32,000 nucleotides of DNA from Desulfotalea psychrophila LSv54 (GTDB lineage: Bacteria > Desulfobacterota > Desulfobulbia > Desulfobulbales > Desulfocapsaceae). A program made the translations under genes and the position numbers. The stretch spans positions 30,001 to 62,000 of the forward strand of contig NC_006139.1 of NCBI RefSeq assembly GCF_000025945.1, written 5' to 3'. The notes under the pieces are model-generated. The model searched no databases, was not told the origin of the DNA, and was given only the letters and a program-made list of their open reading frames with translations. Shown piece after piece: positions 22,794 through 30,800 of this stretch; the stretch's first letter is position 1, and each line of letters begins with the position of its first letter.

Positions 22794-23273
22794 CTATTTT
22801 TTCTTCCTGTCTGTCTTCTGCTCAGCTACAATTTTTTTATTTTCATCTTCTGAAACAGTCATATAGATATGTGCTTTTTCAACCACTAATACATAATTTC
22901 TATTTAAAGAAAAGCCGTAAGTCTTTATCATCATATTATTATCTTCATTGATCTTTTTTACTGCAACATCAATCTCTTTTTTCAGGCTCATTTTTAGGTC
23001 TTTGGTTTGGGCCTGCTTTAACTGATTTTGTAGCTGAATAACTCGCTGTCGCTCCAGCTGCATAATCTGAACATTTTTTTGAAATTCCTGATTAGCTTCA
23101 ACAGAGCTCAAGGTACTGACTTTTACCAATTTTTGTTCCACTTGCTGGGGATTCTCAACCTTGGTTTTGTGTTCTTCCTTCTTCTTTTCAGCTGAAACGG
23201 GGTTACATGCACACAAAAACAATACAGCCACAAATAAGCTAACAAATTTTATAGTATTTCCACCTAAACGCAT
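22794..23273 (-). CDS. Skp/OmpH-like periplasmic chaperone, probable lipoprotein
   Basis: Signal peptide with a Cys-containing lipobox-like end (VAVLFLCAC). About 130 aa of K/Q/E-rich coiled coil ('EANQEFQKNVQIMQLERQRVIQLQNQLKQAQ') and a C-terminal 'YGFSLNRNYVLVVEKAHIYM'. Size and layout match OmpH-family proteins. It lies 20 nt downstream of tpsB. Confidence 0.45.
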   Translation of the reverse strand: MRLGGNTIKFVSLFVAVLFLCACNPVSAEKKKEEHKTKVENPQQVEQKLVKVSTLSSVEANQEFQKNVQIMQLERQRVIQLQNQLKQAQTKDLKMSLKKEIDVAVKKINEDNNMMIKTYGFSLNRNYVLVVEKAHIYMTVSEDENKKIVAEQKTDRKKK

Positions 23274-23293
23274 GAAACCTCCTCCTAATTAAG

Positions 23294-25021
23294 TTAATAA
23301 GCAATCACCAGTCCTAAATGAAGCCGAGAGTTAGCACCCAAGGCAATATCCTTACCACAATCTTGAATACCATAATCAAGATGTAATGAAATGTTAGAAC
23401 CGAAATTATAGCGTAATCCCAAACCATAACCAGAAAGGGTTTCATTCCTGTCTATATAATCGTTACGGCCAAAACCATAATCCCAAAATGCTAAAAGCTG
23501 TAACATCCCTAAATCTTTTTGGTAATTCATAAAATCTGCAAGAGAAAGACTTGGTGTTAGTATTTCATTTCTTAATAACAGGCCACTATCAATATTCACC
23601 TCACGCTCAGGAAAGCCTCGAATAGTGGAATAACCGCCAAGCCCGATCTGCTCACTACCGAGAAGCTGCCCGTTAGCCAACTGACCATGCGCCTTATTGC
23701 TTAGAGCAAATCCAAATGGCAGGGTCGTTAATCTATCAATATCAAGATTACAATAGAGATAATCTGCAGAGGCACCTTCCTGGTAGTTATTAAAATATTC
23801 ATCAGTATTATATCTCAACAAATTTCCAGGACTCACCACAGCCTGTAAATTAAACGCTGTCATTCCCAAGCCATCTGGTAAAGAGCCATTATATCCTGCA
23901 ATCACCTGTAAAATTTCTACATCTTTATTAAATACGGGAGAGGCAGAAAAGCCAAGATTACTATTGCTAAACTTATAGTCAACTCCAAGAAACACGCTGT
24001 GGAGATACTTTTCTGTAGGATCTAGATCCAGTATATAGCGAGCGCTTAATTCGAAACTTTCTGCTTCCAAATCATAGGGATCAAGATTGGGATTACTCTC
24101 TGCATAGGCCGCAAAAAAGTTTATTGTTTGACGATAACTTATTGGAAGCTCGTAATGAAGAGAATGTGCATTCATGCTTTTGTAATTATCACTACTGGTA
24201 AATTGATAATCAAGCAGATGTCCAAGGCCAAAGGCATTTCCCCAATTCAAGCCGGCAAAATAGCGATCATAGCCCGTATTCCCAGTACCGGTGTTTTCAT
24301 ATCCACCATACAAACGGAGAGGAAATCTATCCTCTGTACGTAATACAACATCTGTTTTTCCCTGTTCTTCACCTCGTATAAGCACCAAATCAACCCTGCG
24401 AAAAGGATTTTTATTAATTTTGTTAATATCTTCGGCTAACATATTACCACGAATGGGATCACCAGGTTTGGCCCGCACCTGTTTTGCTATCATCTCACTC
24501 TCAAACCATTCATTGCCCTCAACCCGTATCTCGCCAACATGACCTTCCCGAACAACAATTTGAATTGTTCCACCCGTTATATCCTGTTCTGGCACATAGA
24601 CATCAACGACGGGGGTTGATTGAGAACGAAAATAAACAACAACACTTTTCAACATATCGTTCAGTTTCTCTAAACTCAAGGGCTCATTTAAAAAAACATT
24701 CATCTCTTTAAAAAAAGATTCGGGCATATATCCATCTGTCAATATGCCTTCCATATTTATTCCGTTTTTGAGAACTTTTTCTGGGGTTCTCAAAAAAATC
24801 AAACCTGTTAATCGTTTTAGGATAATGCGTTGAGGGTCAGATGATTTCACCTCTTGCAGAGAAACATCTGTGGGGACTTCAATTGGTTTTGCATTACTCT
24901 CAAGCTTTTTAGGAGCTACAAGTTTAAGATCCTGCGCATAAGTGGCTGGACAACCAATAACAATTAATAACAGCCCAGTGGTCAATGTCTGCAGAAGACG
25001 TTGGTAACATACTAATGCCAT
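23294..25021 (-). CDS. two-partner-secretion outer-membrane transporter (TpsB; ShlB/FhaC/HecB family)
   Basis: Signal peptide ending AQD. POTRA-like 'GGTIQIVVREGHVGEIRVEGNEWFESEMIAKQVRAKPGDPI'. ShlB-type barrel blocks 'NPFRRVDLVL', 'DRFPLRLYGGYENTGTGNTGYDRYFAGLNWGNAFGLGHLLDYQF'. The terminal beta-strand ends in 'VIAY'. Confidence 0.9.
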   Translation of the reverse strand: MALVCYQRLLQTLTTGLLLIVIGCPATYAQDLKLVAPKKLESNAKPIEVPTDVSLQEVKSSDPQRIILKRLTGLIFLRTPEKVLKNGINMEGILTDGYMPESFFKEMNVFLNEPLSLEKLNDMLKSVVVYFRSQSTPVVDVYVPEQDITGGTIQIVVREGHVGEIRVEGNEWFESEMIAKQVRAKPGDPIRGNMLAEDINKINKNPFRRVDLVLIRGEEQGKTDVVLRTEDRFPLRLYGGYENTGTGNTGYDRYFAGLNWGNAFGLGHLLDYQFTSSDNYKSMNAHSLHYELPISYRQTINFFAAYAESNPNLDPYDLEAESFELSARYILDLDPTEKYLHSVFLGVDYKFSNSNLGFSASPVFNKDVEILQVIAGYNGSLPDGLGMTAFNLQAVVSPGNLLRYNTDEYFNNYQEGASADYLYCNLDIDRLTTLPFGFALSNKAHGQLANGQLLGSEQIGLGGYSTIRGFPEREVNIDSGLLLRNEILTPSLSLADFMNYQKDLGMLQLLAFWDYGFGRNDYIDRNETLSGYGLGLRYNFGSNISLHLDYGIQDCGKDIALGANSRLHLGLVIAY

Positions 25022-25080
25022 TCAAATTCTCCCTAAATTATCCTTCTGGTTCGTTTATTTGTTCCACAGGAGGTCGGGCA

Positions 25081-25089
25081 GGGGGGGGG
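25081..25089. repeat. G9 (C9 on the coding strand) homopolymer 60-68 nt upstream of the tpsB start
   Basis: Read directly: ..gtcgggca ggggggggg cgagc.. in the 500-nt tpsA-tpsB spacer. Confidence 0.95.
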
Positions 25090-25522
25090 CGAGCACACAC
25101 CATCAGGGGGTGCCTAAGCAAAAAAAACATTTCTGCCCTGTAATCATTATTGCAACCACCATTGTCAACAGAGGAAGCCATTACTATTCAAAGGATAATC
25201 TTATAAAAAACGACATCTCAAACATAATGCTGGCTATCCACCATACTGGCGGGAACTTCTATTCTTTAAATCTCCACACTTCGCAAGCAACACCAATCCA
25301 GTTAGGGCGGTATTATTATCAATAACATCTCACCAACCAAATCGTACTTCTCTTCTCAATCTACCGGCACTTTCACTGACAGGGGCAAAATGCCCCGCAG
25401 ATAGCCACAAAAACATACGCATAACTAAAATATCATTAAAACACAGGTGGTTGAGTAAAACAACCTATCATTTCCAAATGATGTTCAACCATCTGATATT
25501 TAGAGCCACTCATAATTTTATA

Positions 25523-27820
25523 TTAATCTAGATAATTGCTACCTGACTCCCACTTATTACGCTCATCGTTTAGGTAGTATACACCAAAACCTGTTACACC
25601 TTCTTCAATTTTAACATCGGGACTAAACTCCATAGATATTATATTCCCATCTATATAAGCATGTCCCTCAAATTCTATAGAAAAGTATGGTCGACTCTGT
25701 ATAAAGGTTTGTTGTGGCATTTTCATAATATCGCTGAGCTCGCCCAATTCTTTTGCATTAAAAATGGTCGCAGAGGATGGCCCAGAGAATGGTTCAGGGT
25801 TTGGTACAGAGAAAACGGACAGAGCGTTTTGGTTATTTATGTCCTGGGCAAAAATATAATTACTATTCAGAGCAATGAGCCCGTCGCCATAAATGGCATA
25901 ACTACCAACCTTACTATTAATGGTTGCGTCCGTGCTGTAAGTTTCTCTTCCTGTGATAGCACTTGCCAATGTCTCGTTGTTTTTAAAGCCTACGACCTTA
26001 CCGGTGAGTAAGGGATTAGCAGTTCCGTATGCACGGTTTACGGCATCAGCGACATAGGTCAGCCTTGCAGGATTAATAGTCAGTTTTGCTGCAACATAAT
26101 CAATTGCATAATTATCATTTACAATCGTCCCTTGCCCTATTGCATAACTACCAACATTCTCACCAACTACCCGGGTCAGAGAACCACTCAAATAATCGCC
26201 ACCAAGAAAACCTCTATCCTCTTGCTGGCCCTCAATATCATAGCTCAGAGAGGGATCGATATTTCCATATATTTTCAGAGCGGCATTTGCCGTTACGGTC
26301 GCTTGACGCGGTGCAATAAGCAGTTCACCATCAGCATAGCTGATACTATAGTTAGAGGTACTTCCCTGTTTAAAGGAAGCCAATCCTGACGACAAGAAAT
26401 AGGTGCCGACATTACTGCTTTTTGTTGCATCACTGCTTAACAAAGAGATTCCGAGCAGATCGTCAACAGCTAAATTATCGGCAGAGACAGAACCATATTG
26501 AGGAGTTGCATTACCATAGACCCTTGTAATATCATTGGCTGTAATCGTGATTGAGCGGGGAGTAATATCCGCCGTCGTAATTTCAGTTGCAGTCACTAAA
26601 TAATTGTCGGCATCCGATCCCGATAGAGTTCCACCGACAATGCTCACCCGCTTGGCAATACCGACATTTTTATCACTAAAAGAACCTGAAAGCGTACCCA
26701 GAGCTACGTGATCTCCAAGGAGAATGCCAGAGGTGATGGATCCGCCACTAATCACGGCGTCTAGGGTACCATCGTAAATTTTATTATCTGCCGAAATACT
26801 GGTAATAACAAGTTCTTTCTGGGTAATGTCAGCTGTTGCCGTTGCTGTAGCAGCCACCAAGTAGTTTGTTGCATCTGTTCCTGCAATTGTCATTCCTGTA
26901 ACGAGAATGTCTTTGTCCCTGCCCGCAGTTTTAGAAGTAAATGCTGAATCACCAGATACAATTAAAACGTCACCGGCAAACCGATTATCGACAAAATCCA
27001 CAGAAGCATCTGTAGTAGCGTTATAAACTCTGTCTTTGCCAGTCGCATTGACGGTCAAGGTTGCCTTGGTAATTGTGGCGGTTGCCGTTGCCTGACCAGT
27101 GATAGTGTAGTTATCTCTATCAGCACCTTCATAATTACTGTACAGGGAGACAACTTTGCCCGTTCCTACGTTTTTATTGTCAAATAGACCTGTTGTAGAA
27201 ACAGTGACAACATCGCTGCCAAGAAGACCTGTATAAGCTGCACCGGTGGTATCAATAGTTGTTGCTGTTGTGGCATCATACACCTTATTCGCTACGGCGA
27301 TACCAGAGAGAGTCAAGTCTGCACGGCTAATATTTGCGGTGGTGCTTGCCTGATCAACAATGGCATAGTTGGCTACATCGGCACCTGTATAGTTACTCTT
27401 GAGATTTACTGTTTTTCCGATGCCAACGTTTTTATTGTTAAAAAAACCTGTGGCTGAAACAGAAACAGCATCACTGCCAAGAAGACCTGTATAAATTGCA
27501 CTGGTGGTAATGGGTGATGCAGCAGTAGTCGTATCATAAACCTTATTAGAGGCTGTTATTCCTGAAACCGTCAGTGGCGCGGGTGTGATATCGGCTGTCA
27601 GACCATTCGGCTGAGTTAAAGTGTAATTAATCGCGTCAGCACCATCAATAGTCAACGCGGCTGTGACTGTCTTATTGTGCCCAACATTTTTGAGGTCAAA
27701 ATTACCATTACTAGTCGCGATACTGACATCGTCACTCAGCAAGATGCCGGCAAGGTTGGCATTGGTGATTGTCACTGCTGTGGTCTGGTTGTAAATCTTA
27801 TCCTGTGCAGCTGGCACCAT
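25523..27820 (-). CDS. C-terminal segment (765 aa) of the TpsA-like repetitive exoprotein, as a separate ORF
   Basis: Eight or more ~75-90-aa repeats of the type 'I(T/S)xAxLTV(S/N)G....(K/R)(V/I)Y(D/N)(A/G/T)T..A....(G)LLG.D.V......F..KNVG..K.V....L.G.D..NY', as in MBG/YDG-type repeats of large adhesins. The ~110 aa at the end are non-repetitive. The ATG overlaps the upstream stop (TAATG). Confidence 0.75.
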   Translation of the reverse strand: MVPAAQDKIYNQTTAVTITNANLAGILLSDDVSIATSNGNFDLKNVGHNKTVTAALTIDGADAINYTLTQPNGLTADITPAPLTVSGITASNKVYDTTTAASPITTSAIYTGLLGSDAVSVSATGFFNNKNVGIGKTVNLKSNYTGADVANYAIVDQASTTANISRADLTLSGIAVANKVYDATTATTIDTTGAAYTGLLGSDVVTVSTTGLFDNKNVGTGKVVSLYSNYEGADRDNYTITGQATATATITKATLTVNATGKDRVYNATTDASVDFVDNRFAGDVLIVSGDSAFTSKTAGRDKDILVTGMTIAGTDATNYLVAATATATADITQKELVITSISADNKIYDGTLDAVISGGSITSGILLGDHVALGTLSGSFSDKNVGIAKRVSIVGGTLSGSDADNYLVTATEITTADITPRSITITANDITRVYGNATPQYGSVSADNLAVDDLLGISLLSSDATKSSNVGTYFLSSGLASFKQGSTSNYSISYADGELLIAPRQATVTANAALKIYGNIDPSLSYDIEGQQEDRGFLGGDYLSGSLTRVVGENVGSYAIGQGTIVNDNYAIDYVAAKLTINPARLTYVADAVNRAYGTANPLLTGKVVGFKNNETLASAITGRETYSTDATINSKVGSYAIYGDGLIALNSNYIFAQDINNQNALSVFSVPNPEPFSGPSSATIFNAKELGELSDIMKMPQQTFIQSRPYFSIEFEGHAYIDGNIISMEFSPDVKIEEGVTGFGVYYLNDERNKWESGSNYLD

Positions 27821-30800
27821 TAACTATCAGTACGGCCTTGTCTAATATCAAGGCTGCCGGCAACAAAGGTAAGCTTGTAGTTCCGGTCAGTACCGCTGGC
27901 AGTGTGGCTATAAGTTCCAGCCTTCTTGCCAATGCCGCCTGCTTCAGTTACATTGGTCAGAACGGCGAGAGTCTCGCTGTTCATCAGACCTGTGGCGGTG
28001 AAGCCGGTCACCTTCTGACCCAGACCGTTGTAGGTGACGGTGTTGCTGTTTGCGGTAACTATGACATCGGCCTTGTTAATATCAAGGTTGCCGGCAACAA
28101 AGGTAAGCTTGTAGTTCCGGTCAGTACCGCTGGCAGTGTGGCTATAAGTTCTAGCGTTCTTGCCACTGCCGCCTGCTTCAGTTATATTGGTCAGAACGGC
28201 GAGAGTCTCGCTATTCACCAGACCTGTGGCGGTGAAGCCGGTCACATTCTGATTCAGACCGTTGTAGGTGACTATGTTGCTGTTTGCGGTAACGGTAACA
28301 TCGGCTTTGTTGATAGTCCCTATCGCCGTGGCGATGTCGGTGATGGTATAGTTTCCGCTCATATCATTATTAAAGCCATCAACAATGGTGTAGCCAGATT
28401 TGATTTGCAGGGTGCTCATATTAGCATCCATCACATCTTTATAAGCAAACTGTTCCGCAACTGTGACAGTATCACCGGCAACGGCACCCGCCACAGTTAC
28501 AACGGATGATGAAGATACCGTCCCATCATAGGTTTTGGTGTCGGTCACAGGCGTTAAGGTCAGGGCCACCTTGTTAATGGTCCCGATATCTCGACTGATA
28601 TCTGTCGAACTCACCTGATACCCATAAACCACAATTTCCCCATCATGTGCAGAAACAATACTCAACGGATTCACTGTGATATTTTTTTTGGTATCGGCGT
28701 TTTTCGTGTTAAACGTGCCGGAAGTACTCAATTCAACGCTATCAGTACCAACCAGGCCTGAAACGTCGTAATTGCTCTGAACCAGGGTTGCATCCACCGT
28801 TCCGTCATAATCCCTTACAACCGTTCCTTGTAGATCGACAACGAGTGAAGGATCAAGGGAGTACAGGAACCCATTACCAGTGGCACCGGTTGCAACATCT
28901 TTAGCACCATAGGTTGCATTGTATTGCTTGAAGTTCGGAGTCAATCTATCAAGAGTATCTAACGTCGGATCAGCTGACCAAACCTGCCAATGACTCCCCA
29001 GGGGAACGGTTAAACCAGCGGCACCTGCCTTGTTAGTAAAGTTCGCTGCACTGACAAGAGTAATATTTGAGGCCCCAGTAACAACTATAGCTGCATCCAG
29101 AACAAGATCACCACTGGTTGTTTTTAACAACACATCACCTGACGCCGTAATTCCTGTGACGGATGCTACTTGGCCAACAGTCAGTGCCTGAGCATTGGTC
29201 AACGATAGTGAACCAACCAAATTTGCAGAAAGTTTCTTGATCTGGTTGGCGTTTGACAGATCGATAGTTGTTGCATTTGATAGTGACAGCCCATCTGTCT
29301 TAATAATAGTGCTACCAGACTGGGTAATAGTTCCGCTTGTATTGACGGTTAAACTTCCTGATTTAACTTCTCCCAAAAAAATATTATTTTCGGCAGCAAT
29401 TGAAGCATCCATATTGATAGCCGAGACAGAAACTATCCCGCTAAACCTGTTAGCCGTATCAGGCAGAGCCAGGGCACCTTCACCAACTACAGTAGGAGTA
29501 ATGCTGTTATTTTTGCTACTTTTCTGGACCACTAAACTAGCAGCTGCCAGATTCAATGTCCCATCTTGGCGGATCCCAGTGATGTTTTCTATACCACTAT
29601 CATAATAAACGCCCTTGGTAGTAATTTTTAACAATCCACCAATCTGATTATTATCTACTAAAGTTACAGCACTGGCATCTGTCACTCCAGTAATGCTTTC
29701 TCCACCGGCATCACTGATGATCCGAACACCGTCAACAATATTAATTTTGTTAATAGTTGTAGACGTTGTCGTTATACCATCTTTCGTCGCCGTAGCGACA
29801 AGATTTCCCGAACTCATAGTAAGAGTGATCACCCCAAAGAGTCGAACTTCGTTACCTTGGGCAACAGCGCCGGTTCCACCAGCGATGAAGTTGCCACTGG
29901 TTGAACCTTCTACGAAACTACCGTCCGGAGTGCTGAATTCACCGCCGACGCGCAGATAAGCCCCATCCTTTTGGGTTATTGCTGCGCTGCTGTTGAGGTT
30001 AAAATTGCCACCGATCAGGGTGTCATCCAGCACCGTGCCATTGGCATCATTGTTGGTAAATTGAACATTGCCGGCATCAAACGAACTGGCATCAATGGTC
30101 ATATCTCCATCGATTGCCACCACGCTACCCACAGACTGGCTCAACAAACCACCCACAGTCAGGGTGACGTTAGAAGTGCCAACACCATCAGTAATACCGA
30201 CGATTTGAAGCTCACCACTATCGATAGTACCAATCTCGACACCATCGGAATCAACAAAAACCAATGCTGCATCACCAGAGAGTAACGCTGCCAGTGTATC
30301 AATATCATTACCTGTGTTAGCCAGTGTGGCGTCATCGGTTGACTTGATCGCTAATTGCGCCGCATTAATCGGTGCGGAACCACCTTGAGTGACTCCTGTC
30401 GATTCAATACGCAGGATATTCAAAGCATGATTAGCACCAACGGCGGCAACGAAATTCTGACCTGCCGCGTTGGCTGAAGTTAAGCGCAAGCTGCGCAGAG
30501 TTAGGTCGGCATCACTATCAACCGTTGAGGCAAAGCCAATGCTGCCCGCCGTAGTTCCGGTACTCATGCTGACATCCCCGGTCAATTCCACAGCCGAGGT
30601 AAAGTTAATGTTAGTACCAACGGTGGTGATGGCACCAGCCAAGTTATTCGGGCCAGCACCATTTTGGGTAAAACCACCAGCGGCGTCAATGTCGCTAGCT
30701 GCCGCGGTAGTAAACACACCCGCGTTGGTTGCTTCGACCGTACCACCGCTATTCAGCCTGGCATTAACATTGAACGCCGCGCCGGTGAAATCGAGGTTGC

